From Candidatus Bathyarchaeia archaeon (GTDB taxonomy: Archaea > Thermoproteota > Bathyarchaeia > TCS64), in assembly GCA_050014495.1 (NCBI GenBank), contig JBEKDF010000010.1:20094-84093 (forward strand): a stretch of 64,000 nucleotides of DNA, read 5' to 3'. The notes under the pieces are model-generated. The model saw nothing but the letters and a program-made list of their open reading frames with translations, was not told the DNA's origin and did not search any database. Shown here one piece after another: positions 1 to 10,043 of the stretch. The first letter of the stretch is position 1, and the number at the start of each line of letters is the position of its first letter. Made by a program: the position numbers and the translations under genes.

Positions 1-875
1 GCGGCTACCATGTGGGTGACTGATGGGACGTCCCAGCCCGTGCCGTCCTGTAGCCAGAGGCCTGGGTGGGTGGGGCGGTCGAATCGCTCCCAGTTGTTCT
101 GGAGTACGCCCTGTATGGGGCGGGTTCCCCCCTTTCTGATGGCGCCTAAACTCTTCTCCTCAATGGTTGTGAGGCCGCCATCTATGTTTCCGGCGCTCAT
201 CCACCTGCTGTCGATGCCTATGGCTTTGAGGCGCTCTTCGTCCTGGTCGATCATCTTGTAAACGTCTGCTGCGACCTTTTTGTTAACTGCCCTGCGTGCG
301 AGGATGTGTTGGGTTCCGATCATCTCTTGAGGCTCGCTGAAGATTACTGTGCCACCTTCGTCAATGAGTTTGTCGCAGGCGACTCCGACTGCAGGATTGG
401 CTGCGAGGCCGCTTGTGGCGTCGCTGCCGCCGCACTCTACGGCGAGGATGAGCTTGCTCACTGGGAAGGGCTCGGGCTTATACTCAGCTGTCTGCTGCGC
501 CCAACGCTGGAGGATGCGGACCGCCTTCTCCTTTGTCTTGAGGGTACCGCCCTCCTGTTGGATGACGAGGGTCTCCACGGGCTTACCACTCGGCTTTACC
601 CCGTCAGCCACGTTGTTGACGGTGAGGGACTCGCATCCTAGCCCTAGGATCAGGACAGCGGCGACGTTAGGGTTGAGAGCGGTTCCGACGAGGTTGTTAA
701 CGATGACGGGGTCGCTACCGCAACCGTGGTACTGAGTAATAGCTACTGCTCCGTCTACCTGAGCAGCTATCTTCTTCGCTGGCTCGAAGCTGCAGTCGAT
801 AGGGGCGAGGACAAGTAGGTGATTACGGACACCTACAGACTTGTCGGGGCGTGCGTAGCCCATGAACTGGGTCAC
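1..875 (-). CDS. UxaA/GarD-family dehydratase (altronate/galactarate dehydratase-like), large subunit; runs off window start
   Basis: Manual translation from GTG at 875: MTQFMGYARPDKSVGVRNHLLV...HGCG...LGLGCE...ECGGSDATSGLAANPAVG...GNIDGGLTTIEEKSLGA. Start overlaps the upstream stop (GTGA). Absent from the ORF track because it is partial. Confidence 0.9.
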   Translation of the reverse strand, partial: MTQFMGYARPDKSVGVRNHLLVLAPIDCSFEPAKKIAAQVDGAVAITQYHGCGSDPVIVNNLVGTALNPNVAAVLILGLGCESLTVNNVADGVKPSGKPVETLVIQQEGGTLKTKEKAVRILQRWAQQTAEYKPEPFPVSKLILAVECGGSDATSGLAANPAVGVACDKLIDEGGTVIFSEPQEMIGTQHILARRAVNKKVAADVYKMIDQDEERLKAIGIDSRWMSAGNIDGGLTTIEEKSLGAIRKGGTRPIQGVLQNNWERFDRPTHPGLWLQDGTGWDVPSVTHMVA

Positions 876-1183
876 AGTATCTCAGCCTCCTTACCGCTTG
901 TAGGCATACGTGCGCTGCCAACGTTGTGGGTATTCACCCAGGCCCCTGACTTTATGGGCTGTGTTGCGACGCCTATGACCTCGCCGTACTTGACGATGTT
1001 CTCACCCTTCTTAATTGTTTTAATAGCGAGCTTGTGACCGAAGGGAATGGGTTCCACTACCTTGGGCTTCAGTATCACAACCCCGTTGGGACTGATGACC
1101 TCAAGATTCTCCCCCATCTCAACCTCGCTGGTTGATGTGGCGACGTTGTCTTTCTCGTCGATCTGTATCGCCTTCTTGACCAT
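872..1183 (-). CDS. UxaA-family small (SAF domain) subunit
   Basis: KDNVAT...IPFGHKLA...IKKGENIVKYGEVIGVA...GAWVNTHNV. Probable start is the ATG at 1183. Confidence 0.85.
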   Translation of the reverse strand: MVKKAIQIDEKDNVATSTSEVEMGENLEVISPNGVVILKPKVVEPIPFGHKLAIKTIKKGENIVKYGEVIGVATQPIKSGAWVNTHNVGSARMPTSGKEAEIL

Positions 1184-1223
1184 AACGAGTCTATTGGGGT
1201 CCCTCGCTTCTAAATAATTGTAC

Positions 1224-1496
1224 CTAGTAGCCACCATCGATTACAGCACGGAGGATCTGAGTCCCCTTCTCTGTGAGATACAGCACCTTTCCATTTCTGT
1301 AGGTGCGACGGGAGTTGATTATGCCGAGGAGTCGAAGTTGCCTCAAGACACCGGGGGGAATGGTCTTGGTTAGGCGACGCACATCGATGTTACGGAGGTC
1401 ATCCGAGTAGAAGGCAACGAGGTTCCTAGTGCTCATCTCGGTGATCTGCTTCTCCAATTCGGGGGTTAGTTCAGCTAATGATTGGCCAGTCTCCAT
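1224..1496 (-). CDS. Hypothetical small winged-helix-like protein
   Basis: 90 aa. LRLLGII...YLTEKG resembles a wHTH wing; co-oriented in the operon. Confidence 0.55.
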   Translation of the reverse strand: METGQSLAELTPELEKQITEMSTRNLVAFYSDDLRNIDVRRLTKTIPPGVLRQLRLLGIINSRRTYRNGKVLYLTEKGTQILRAVIDGGY

Positions 1497-1506
1497 GTTA
1501 TTTCAC

Positions 1507-1899
1507 CTAGACTATATTCAGGGAACACGAGCAGCCCCTCACATCGATGAGACTGGGCATCGATTCCCTGTGTAGTTTGCAAACGAGCCCCTCGGAGCGA
1601 GCGACTGCACACGCCCTGCAGAGCTTGAGGAGTAGGACGTCGAGTGGGCTCTCCCCCGCTGCGATGTCTCGTGACAGCTCGTCGACTAGCTCCATAACCT
1701 TCCCACTGCCCTCGAGGAGGGTTGTGGCGGAGCCTCCTCTGACGTGGCTGAGGTACTGGGTAACAGCTGCTGGGGTGATGCCCATCTTCGCTGCTGCGTC
1801 GGACCTCTTCATCCCATATTTTTCGACAAGTTCCCTAGTGATCTCCAGTCGGAGTGCGGGGAGGATGTGTTGTACTACGACCATGCAGGGGGGCTTCAT
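1507..1899 (-). CDS. Archaeal HTH transcriptional regulator with Cys motif
   Basis: MKPPC..VVQHILPALR...AAAKMGITPAAVTQYL...CRAC...CKLH. Start reassigned to the ATG at 1899. Confidence 0.85.
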   Translation of the reverse strand: MKPPCMVVVQHILPALRLEITRELVEKYGMKRSDAAAKMGITPAAVTQYLSHVRGGSATTLLEGSGKVMELVDELSRDIAAGESPLDVLLLKLCRACAVARSEGLVCKLHRESMPSLIDVRGCSCSLNIV

Positions 1900-1913
1900 C
1901 GCCGCATGTTTAC

Positions 1914-1944
1914 TTAACGGCGTTAATATACCTGATGGCGTTAA
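1914..1944. promoter_or_regulatory. Candidate operator between divergent regulator and DapA-like gene
   Basis: Dyad TTAAC-GGC-GTTAA at 1914-1926, plus a second half-copy GGCGTTAA ending at 1944. Confidence 0.35.
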
Positions 1945-2009
1945 AACGACTTCTGTCGCAACCACTAAGTAATTTAAGGTAAAAGGTCGACGCTTCATCT
2001 GGTGTAAAC

Positions 2010-2891
2010 ATGAAGTCCCTCAGCGGTGTCATACCCCTCCCACCCACTCCCCTTACGAAGAAGGGGAGCGTGGATTCCGAGGACCTGAAGAAGCTCATCG
2101 ACTATCAGTTCGAAAATGGCTGCGATGGCGTTGGTGTCCTTGCCGGCATAGGCGAGGGCTACCTGATGGCACAGAAGGAATGGATGAATGTTGTAAAGAT
2201 TGCTGTCGACCATGTCAATGGTAGGGGTCCCCTCATTGTTGGTGCCGCCGCCATGGGGACGGATGCCTCAGTCGACCTCATTAAAGAGGCTGCAGACATT
2301 GGTGCTGATGCCATACTATCCTTTAACCCAATAGGGTATAGAAGGTATACGAATGAGGAGACTTATAGGCACTTTAAGACACAGGCAGAAGCAGCTGAGA
2401 TTACACTTGTCCCTTACGCGAGGGAGGACGATCTTATCGCCCCCGAGGTAATGAAGAGGCTCGTAGACGAAGGGCTCGTCAGCCACATGAAGTGGGCCTA
2501 TAGGAGCTGTAGCATACTCCAGCAACTTATCGCTACCAATGGTGATAAGCTATACCTGTTCTGCGGTGCCGACTCGTGGACACTCCGATACATCCTCCTG
2601 GGTTGCCAGGGGATAATGACGGCGACGGCCGCCGTCCTCCCCGCTGAGAACGTTGAGTTACTAAGACTGGTGAAGGCGAAGAAGATCAAAGAGGCACGGG
2701 AGTACTGGTATAAGAAATTCCTTCCATGGAACGATTCAGGCTTCTACGAGAATTGGCAGTGGGCGCATAAGTACGCGATGAAGCTGATGGGTGTCATGAA
2801 GACGGATGAGATGGTGGTCCCACAGGCGAAAGGTGCCGACTACCAGAAGGCGGAGATCGTGGCTTTGATGAAGTATCTTGATAAGATCTAA
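2010..2891 (+). CDS. Dihydrodipicolinate synthase/N-acetylneuraminate lyase family aldolase
   Basis: PTPLTKKGSVD, GxxGE (GIGE), catalytic Tyr (VPY) and Schiff-base Lys (HMK). Confidence 0.85.
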   Translation: MKSLSGVIPLPPTPLTKKGSVDSEDLKKLIDYQFENGCDGVGVLAGIGEGYLMAQKEWMNVVKIAVDHVNGRGPLIVGAAAMGTDASVDLIKEAADIGADAILSFNPIGYRRYTNEETYRHFKTQAEAAEITLVPYAREDDLIAPEVMKRLVDEGLVSHMKWAYRSCSILQQLIATNGDKLYLFCGADSWTLRYILLGCQGIMTATAAVLPAENVELLRLVKAKKIKEAREYWYKKFLPWNDSGFYENWQWAHKYAMKLMGVMKTDEMVVPQAKGADYQKAEIVALMKYLDKI

Positions 2892-3001
2892 CATCCTTTT
2901 CTGTCTCCCCATCGTAAACAAGATAAAATGAGGTGCTTGCACATCATTTGGTTGGTCTAGGATGAATTGAACCTATATTGCTTACCCGGATAGAGGATTG
3001 G

Positions 3002-4297
3002 TTAAGGTTCATATGTATTTGACGGGTCAGAGTTGGGACTAACTAGGTAGGAGGCCGGGATTCCACTTGTTCCATCGGGAAGGACCGCGACCCTTGGACT
3101 CCCTTTGTGGTACATCTTCAGCTCCTCTAAGACCTCGTCCCATCTCTTACACCATATAACTGTTCCCGGTGTACCCAACCTGTATTCCAGTGTCTTCATA
3201 GGGTAGGGGCTAAAGACGATGAGACGAGCGCCGCGGGTAAGGTTTCGTGCCTTGCCGCTCCAGAGGCTTGCTGCGGCGTACTTGCCGTGGTTGTTGAATA
3301 TCCAGTGGTTAATGTCACCCTCGGGGTCGTTACAGATCAGGACGACGGAGCCATCCTGCTTTACGGATTCCTGGGCAGGCCAAAGGCCGAGGTAGGGCTC
3401 GTTAGGGCGCATGTAACTGTTGACGACTACTATATCCATCTCCTTGGGGGACTCGGTGCTGTGCCAACGTTTGACGCCCTCGGAGGCCCTTCTGTGGGTC
3501 TGTACAAAGTCACCTGCATATGTTTCTATAGGGTCCCTCTTGAGGTTGAGTACGGAGTCTATCTTGAAGTCTAGGCCGGCGATGCGGGCGGTCTCCTCGA
3601 CGTCGAGACGAAGCACGTTCTCGTCGTTGCAGAGGTAGCCGGTTGTAGGGTGGGGCTTAAGACCAGGGCCGAATCCGCCGAGGGATCCATGGTTGGTACG
3701 GATTGTCTCAATCCCAGCAACGCCTGGGCTGATTATCTTGCCACCGCCACTGAAACCGCTCATCCTGTGGTAAAGGACGCTGCCTACACCTATCTTTAGG
3801 TCGCAGGCCATCACCTCAGAGTTAACCCATACTGGTGTCCCATAGCTTGTTGTGCCGATGTGTTTGCACATCTCGTAGGGATTGTGGTTGTAGACTGGGT
3901 ACCTGTCGAGTATATCCTCACCGAGTTTCTTAGCGAAGAACCGACGACTGAATGTTCCGTGGCTCCCCGGGGCGACTATAAACCGGATACAATCGTCCTT
4001 GATGCCGGCTTTCTTAATCTCCTCTAGCACAATGGGGGCGTATTGGTGGGTCTTCGTGGGTCGGGTGGAGTCGTCAAAGATAATTACCGCTTCTTTTCGG
4101 TCCTTCGCGAGCTTGGCTAAGGGTTTCGTACCGAGGGGGTTCCTGATCGCTTTCCTTATATGAGCCTTCGTGAGCCCCTTCTGATCCTCCCCTGCCATCC
4201 TGCACCGCTGGACCTTCCAGCTGAGTGGGAATGTGAGCTGGAGGGGTTTGTCCTTAAACCAAGGCTGACCAGGTACCTCAACGATTGTTTCTACCAA
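3002..4297 (-). CDS. LarA-family (lactate racemase domain) protein
   Basis: NPLGTKPL, IIFDDSTRPT, PGSHG, GTTSYGTPVWVN, GFSGGGKIISPG. Confidence 0.85.
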   Translation of the reverse strand: MVETIVEVPGQPWFKDKPLQLTFPLSWKVQRCRMAGEDQKGLTKAHIRKAIRNPLGTKPLAKLAKDRKEAVIIFDDSTRPTKTHQYAPIVLEEIKKAGIKDDCIRFIVAPGSHGTFSRRFFAKKLGEDILDRYPVYNHNPYEMCKHIGTTSYGTPVWVNSEVMACDLKIGVGSVLYHRMSGFSGGGKIISPGVAGIETIRTNHGSLGGFGPGLKPHPTTGYLCNDENVLRLDVEETARIAGLDFKIDSVLNLKRDPIETYAGDFVQTHRRASEGVKRWHSTESPKEMDIVVVNSYMRPNEPYLGLWPAQESVKQDGSVVLICNDPEGDINHWIFNNHGKYAAASLWSGKARNLTRGARLIVFSPYPMKTLEYRLGTPGTVIWCKRWDEVLEELKMYHKGSPRVAVLPDGTSGIPASYLVSPNSDPSNTYEP

Positions 4298-4360
4298 ATC
4301 AGTTCCTCACGGAATCTTACGAAGAAGATGCTACGTTGAGGGATATAATACCCTCTGGCA

Positions 4361-4963
4361 TCAGTCGTTGTACCGCTTTCTAAGGCTAGGGGTGGTTCTG
4401 AGAATGATTAGGGTTCGTTCAACGGCGTCGACCCACTCGACCAACTCAGTTTGCCTTGCAGCTGGGCTGAGGACGCCGTGATCTTTGCCTCTACCGATTT
4501 CCCGCGCCATACGACTTCGGTAGACACTGAGACTGCGATCACCTAGTCGATCTACCTCGAACCAGTCCTCGCTAAGGATGACGACTCGTGGTATCCTTGG
4601 AGCACCCATGATCTTAAGCTCGTCTCTTAGCTCATTGGAAGTGTCTCGGTCGATGATGCGCAGCTCCGCCTTCTCCCCAATGACTCCAACTATCCCCTTC
4701 AGGTAGGGGGCGACCCGTGCGCAATCAAGGCACCAAGGGGCACCCAGCATGAGCACATTGAGAGTCCGATTGTAGCCCTGCAGACGTGCTCTCTGATCAG
4801 TGGAAAGCTCCGGGGCTCTTTTAGCAGACTCCGCCCAACGCTGTACCTGGTCATGCGGCGCGCCTACGAGGAACTCGTCGATGGTCTTAGCTGCCTCCCA
4901 GCTCCTTCTCCACAGATCGGCGTGTATATCATAGTAAGCAGGATTTTCTCCCTGACCACTCAT
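4361..4963 (-). CDS. Thioredoxin-family protein
   Basis: WCLDC CxxC motif and cis-Pro RIP motif. Confidence 0.8.
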   Translation of the reverse strand: MSGQGENPAYYDIHADLWRRSWEAAKTIDEFLVGAPHDQVQRWAESAKRAPELSTDQRARLQGYNRTLNVLMLGAPWCLDCARVAPYLKGIVGVIGEKAELRIIDRDTSNELRDELKIMGAPRIPRVVILSEDWFEVDRLGDRSLSVYRSRMAREIGRGKDHGVLSPAARQTELVEWVDAVERTLIILRTTPSLRKRYND

Positions 4964-5000
4964 AATCGAAAAAAGGATACACGGGGATTATTAGGATTCC

Positions 5001-5741
5001 TTAAATTTCCGGTGGGACGAGCCTGCTTAAGCTTCTCTTCAGCCATCCCTCGTAGAGGATGTCAAGGGGACTCGGTATCATCTGGTCATGCCTTGCGTAT
5101 GTCTCGAAGATGGCACGCTTCCTATGGTAGGTGACATCTGGCAGGTTCGGGTGGGCTAAGTCGCAGTTGTAGCCCCTGAAAAGCATCTGATAAACTCCCG
5201 TCCTCCTTGCGGCTTCGACCGCAAAAAGCCCAGTGTAAAGGTGATCAATATGGTCACAGCCGGCGATCCAGCCATCTGGGTCATGTGTAGAGACCACATC
5301 GGCGTCAGCGAGGCGGATTATTTCGGCTAGAGCTGTGATCAGTCCCTCCCGCGTGTATTTTTCAGAGTAGTCCAAGGCATCCACCTCCTCACCGCCCATA
5401 TTCTCTCAAGCGCCTTGCTTGGTATCCGCTCTATGCTCATGCAGCCGCCGTCGGGAAGGCGAAGGAAAACTAGCCTGACCTCTCCATTGGCTGAGACAGA
5501 TGTCGCTATACTCCTCCCAGCAATGTGGAGTGTCTCGTCCCTCCATCCAAAGGATCCCATCGCAGAGTAGGCGACCCGCTCCCCCTCCTCACGCTCCCGC
5601 CAGTAATCCTCCAAGTCCCGCATCCCCCGCCATCACATAAACCGTCCACACACCTACACCGGATGCAAGATCCTCCATTAAGCACGGGCTCATGAAGATC
5701 AGATCATCATCCTGGTGCGCGGAGACATAGAGATGGGCCAT
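5001..5741 (-). pseudogene. PIG-L/LmbE-family deacetylase with two apparent frameshifts
   Basis: The N-terminus MAHLYVSAHQDDDLIFM...VYVMAGDAG (ATG at 5741), the middle YWREREEG...LVFLRLPDG and the C-terminus HDP...DHIDH...FRGYN lie in successive frames, shifting near 5610 and 5398. Confidence 0.75.
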
Positions 5742-5918
5742 AAAAGAGAATACGACTCCAAACTATCTAAGGATGACCTAGAAACCCAAACCCCCGGAAA
5801 AAATCATTTCTGAAGAATCGCATATGTAAGAAAAACAACAAGACGGGTAAATTGCGTTCTAAGAGCCTAGAAGGCCTCCTGAGCGCGTATGCAAAATCTC
5901 TTAACCATCGCATCCATT

Positions 5919-6743
5919 GTGTCTGAGATACCTTTGATCGAGATTCGCTTCCATGGCAGGGGAGGGCAGGGGGCCGTAACAGCCTCAAGGGTCCTCGCTA
6001 TAGCTGCTTTCCTGGAGGGGCATCATAGCCAATCAATCCCCATGTATGGGACCGAGAGGCGTGGGGCTCCTGTTACTGCCTTCGTCCGCATAGGGGAGAA
6101 GAGTAGGATGATCAGGAGTCTTGTCCACGAGCCTGATTATGTTGTCGTACTCGATTCCCTCCTCAGGAATACTGTGAACATAACAGAGGGATTGAAACCG
6201 GGTGGAATGATAATCATAAACAGTACCACTCCACCAGAGGAAATGGAGTTCACCTCAGAGTATAGGGTGGCCACAGTTGACGCCACAAAAGTGGCGCTCG
6301 AAACCATCGGCCGCCCAATCACTAACACTGCAATACTCGGCGCCTTCGCAAAGGGCACCGGCGAGGTAAAGCTCGAGTCACTGCTTAAAGCGGTTAAGAC
6401 TGAGATGTCGGGCCGCATGGCAGACACAAACGCCAAGGCAGTCGAGCAGGCGTATAACTCCACAATTGTTGGGAAGAACAAAGTCGTCAAGGAGCTGAAA
6501 AAGGTCGCCCAAGCCCCCGCAAACAGCCGAGCTGACTGGCGTACCTTCCGTCCAGTCGTAGACGCTTCCAAGTGCACAGGATGCCAAATCTGTTGGACCT
6601 TCTGTCCAGAGCACAGCATCAATATGGTGGAGAAGAAGAGCGCTATTGACTACATCTACTGCAAGGGCTGCGGTATCTGCGCTGAAGAGTGCCCAACGAA
6701 GGCCATCACCATGGTGATGGAGAGCGAGAAGAAGGAGGATTAG
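5919..6743 (+). CDS. porC: 2-oxoacid:ferredoxin oxidoreductase gamma subunit fused to delta (2x4Fe-4S) subunit
   Basis: [26 protein letters not shown]-terminal [22 protein letters not shown]...[13 protein letters not shown]. Start codon uncertain. Confidence 0.92.
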
Positions 6744-6746
6744 ACG

Positions 6747-7913
6747 ATGCCACACACTGAGCTTATGGTTGGAAACAAAGCTGTCGCGTATGGTGCTAAA
6801 CTAGCACGGGTCCAAGTGATATCTGCCTACCCGATTACGCCGCAGACGACTATTGTCCAGTACCTCGCAGAATTCATCGCCAACGGGGAGCTGAAAGCCA
6901 AGTTCATAGAGGTCGAATCTGAGCTTAGCGCTATGGTTGCTGTGCAGGGTGCAAGCTTCGCGGGCGCTCGCGTATTTACCGCAACCTCTGGTCCTGGCTT
7001 ATTCTTCATGCACCACCCTATGATGGAGGGGGCAGACCTCCCCGTCGTCATGGGTGTTGTTCACAGAAGTAATAAGAGCATGCAGCCCGACCACACTGAC
7101 CTCATGGCGCAGAGGGACAATGGCTGGATACAGCTTTACTGTGAGAATAACCAGGAGGCTCTTGATACAGCTCTTATGAGTTACAAGATTGCAGAGGATC
7201 CTCGTCTCTCAACGCCAACTGTCTTTGGCATAGACGGATATATCCTCAGCTACACAGCAGAGCCAGTTGAGATTCCTGACCAAGAGGCCGTCGATGAATG
7301 GTTACCACCCCTCAACGCCCCTTGGGCTCCAGATATCCATCTCCCAGTACAAGAGTGGAAGAAGAGGCAGGGACGCATGTATGGTAACCAAATGGCGTGG
7401 CTTAACCACGACACGAAATTTAGGAGCAGTCTCAAGGTGATCAATGAGGTAAACGCAGACTTCGAGAAGACCTTCGGACGAGGCTATGGCAATGGTCTCA
7501 TCGAAGAGCACAACTGCGATGGGGCCGAAGCGGTGATAATCGCTATGGGTACAATAGCATCGACTGCACGCGTGGTCATAGACGACATGAAGGCAGAGGG
7601 AAAGAAGGTAGGGCTCATCAAGCTCAAGTGCTATCGCCCATTCCCAGTCGACGAAATAAGAAATCTAGCCAAGAAGTATTACTCCATCGGAGTCATCGAC
7701 AGAAACGTCAGCCTTGGAGGAGGTGGCAACGTTCTCAACGAGACCAGGAGCGCCCTCTATGACATGTCGGAGAGGCCAAAGGTCCTCGGATTCCATACCG
7801 GCATGGCAGGAGATGAGGTCACACCACAGATGATCAAGAGAATAGCCGAGAAGACTCTCAAGGCAGTCAGGGATCCAGTTCCCACTGCCGTCGAGTGGAT
7901 AGGAGGCGCATAA
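6747..7913 (+). CDS. porA: 2-oxoacid:ferredoxin oxidoreductase alpha subunit
   Basis: AYPITPQT, VESELSA, TATSGPGL, YRPFP. Confidence 0.92.
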   Translation: MPHTELMVGNKAVAYGAKLARVQVISAYPITPQTTIVQYLAEFIANGELKAKFIEVESELSAMVAVQGASFAGARVFTATSGPGLFFMHHPMMEGADLPVVMGVVHRSNKSMQPDHTDLMAQRDNGWIQLYCENNQEALDTALMSYKIAEDPRLSTPTVFGIDGYILSYTAEPVEIPDQEAVDEWLPPLNAPWAPDIHLPVQEWKKRQGRMYGNQMAWLNHDTKFRSSLKVINEVNADFEKTFGRGYGNGLIEEHNCDGAEAVIIAMGTIASTARVVIDDMKAEGKKVGLIKLKCYRPFPVDEIRNLAKKYYSIGVIDRNVSLGGGGNVLNETRSALYDMSERPKVLGFHTGMAGDEVTPQMIKRIAEKTLKAVRDPVPTAVEWIGGA

Positions 7914-7914
7914 A

Positions 7915-8814
7915 ATGAGTAAACCAACACCTCTCCAGCGTGTCGAAGGCGAGGAGATCATGGCACTAGGCAATAGCAGCTGCCAAGGTTGTGGCCACGC
8001 TACGCTGGCTAGAATCACCTTCAGAGTGCTGGGGAGAAATACCGTCTACACATCTGTCCCCGGCTGCATCTGGATAGCTCTCCAAGGGAGTATCCCTCTA
8101 TACTGGCGGGGAACCGTCTTCGAGGGTGGAGGCGCCCTCATTAGTGGCATAACCAACGGCCTCGAAGCAGTGGGGAAGGATATGACCGTAGTAGGATTCT
8201 ATGGCGATGGCGGGACAGCGGATATTGGCCTCCAAGCCATGAGTGCGGCAGCGGAGAGGAATGAGAACGTCCTCTGGATATGCGCCGACAACGAAGCATA
8301 TATGAATACGGGAGGACAGCGTAGTGGCTTGACGCCCATATATGCGTCCACTACGACGACACCCGTCGCATCACAGAGCAGGGGGAAGAAGTCGAATAAG
8401 AAGAATGTTCCCTTCATCATGGCGGCTCACAACATCCCCTATGTCGCAACGGCCAGTATAGCTTACCCCAACGATCTCATTGGGAAACTCCAATACGCTA
8501 AGGGGCTAAAGGGCTTCAAGTACATTCACGTTCAGAGCCCCTGCCCAACGGGGTGGGGTTTTGACCCAGCTCGCACAATAAAGGTAGCGCGCCTAATGGT
8601 CGAGTCCGGGATATGGCCACTTTATGAGGTCACCGAGGGCAACAACTTCAAACTCACATACAAGCCCCGTGAGCTGAAGCCGGTAAGGGAGGCGCTTAGC
8701 TTACAGGGCAGGTTCAGACATCTTGATGACTCGGAGTACGAGTACATTCAGGGGCAAACCGTCGATAGGTGGAGACAGCTTCTCGACGTCGACGGTAAGA
8801 GACTCCCCATGTAA
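7915..8814 (+). CDS. porB: 2-oxoacid:ferredoxin oxidoreductase beta subunit (TPP-binding)
   Basis: CQGC, GDGGTADIG...DNEAYMNTG, SPCPTGW. Confidence 0.92.
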   Translation: MSKPTPLQRVEGEEIMALGNSSCQGCGHATLARITFRVLGRNTVYTSVPGCIWIALQGSIPLYWRGTVFEGGGALISGITNGLEAVGKDMTVVGFYGDGGTADIGLQAMSAAAERNENVLWICADNEAYMNTGGQRSGLTPIYASTTTTPVASQSRGKKSNKKNVPFIMAAHNIPYVATASIAYPNDLIGKLQYAKGLKGFKYIHVQSPCPTGWGFDPARTIKVARLMVESGIWPLYEVTEGNNFKLTYKPRELKPVREALSLQGRFRHLDDSEYEYIQGQTVDRWRQLLDVDGKRLPM

Positions 8815-8855
8815 TCTCTTTGACTGCATATCCTATTATTAGACACGTCTTAACT

Positions 8856-9947
8856 CTATTTTACTAGGTACCCTTCTAGGGCGTCCTCTCTCGGCTCGAG
8901 GCCGAGCCCAGGCTCCTCAGAGAGGGTTACCCATCCCTTCACCGGACTGGGTGGATCCTTGTAGATCGCGTCCCCGACTTTCCACATGAGATAGTGGAAC
9001 TCGACTCGCCACCCGTTTGGAGCTGCGGCCTGGAGGTGCATGTTATGATGGGGCCAACCGCCACCGTTAGCTATCAGTAGGTTAAATGCCTGTGCCATCG
9101 CCGCCACCTTCATACCCTCCGTATAGCCACCAACGTAGCAGACATTGGGCTGAAGGATGTCGACAGAGCTGTTTAGAAGAAGTTCGAGGTGGCGGAACTT
9201 TGAGCCTTCGTTCTGCCCAGCGGAGATCGGAATACTAGTTTTCCTGCGAAGGTCAGCGAGTAGACGCGGGTCGTTCCCATATAGGGGCTCCTCGAACCAA
9301 CTAATTTTATACGGTTCAGCTTTTTTCGCTAGCTCAAGCGCCCTGTTAAATGAAAAGAGGTAATTGGCGTCTATCATAAGCTGTACTTTATCGCCGATTG
9401 CGTCCCTAACCGCCTTAATACGGGAGGCGTCTTCTGCTGGGTCATCGGCGTCGTTGATGGCGACGACCATTTTAAGCTTGTCCTGCCCCTCCTTGACGAA
9501 GCGTGTAGCCATCTCGACGAGCTGATCCCTATCGAATTCGAGTAGACCGAAGGTGACGTAGGCTGGGACCTTCTTCTTTGCCCCCCCAAGTAGTCTCCAA
9601 ACAGGCTCGTCGTAGTGTTTTCCCTTCACGTCCCAGAGAGCAATGTCTATGGCGCTTATTGCGGAGCTCCACATCCCCGTTTGACTACGAGGATTGTGTG
9701 TGAGATACATCTGATTCCATAGAGCCTCGGTCTCAAGCGGGTTCTTCCCCTTCAGAAAGGGGGCTAGTTCCTTGTTGATGAATTCCTTTACCCCGTAGCG
9801 TTGTATGGCCCCAGTAAGGCCATACCCCGTTATTCCCTCGTCAGTCTCCAACCTGACGAATACTATTGGGCGATCATATTCTCTCTCTATGATCGGCACA
9901 TGGATGGGCACGTTGTAAATCTCAGCCTTAATCGAGGTAATCTTCAT
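8856..9947 (-). CDS. Mandelate racemase/muconate lactonizing enzyme family protein
   Basis: SAIDIALWDVKGK, KLK, MIDAN, WFEEP. Confidence 0.9.
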   Translation of the reverse strand: MKITSIKAEIYNVPIHVPIIEREYDRPIVFVRLETDEGITGYGLTGAIQRYGVKEFINKELAPFLKGKNPLETEALWNQMYLTHNPRSQTGMWSSAISAIDIALWDVKGKHYDEPVWRLLGGAKKKVPAYVTFGLLEFDRDQLVEMATRFVKEGQDKLKMVVAINDADDPAEDASRIKAVRDAIGDKVQLMIDANYLFSFNRALELAKKAEPYKISWFEEPLYGNDPRLLADLRRKTSIPISAGQNEGSKFRHLELLLNSSVDILQPNVCYVGGYTEGMKVAAMAQAFNLLIANGGGWPHHNMHLQAAAPNGWRVEFHYLMWKVGDAIYKDPPSPVKGWVTLSEEPGLGLEPREDALEGYLVK

Positions 9948-10043
9948 CCGAGGACACACTCGGATCAGTAATCAATCAACAACGGTTTATCACCTTCCAC
10001 GATATGGGTGATCTTTTCTACCCCGCTTAACCCTCTGCATATT

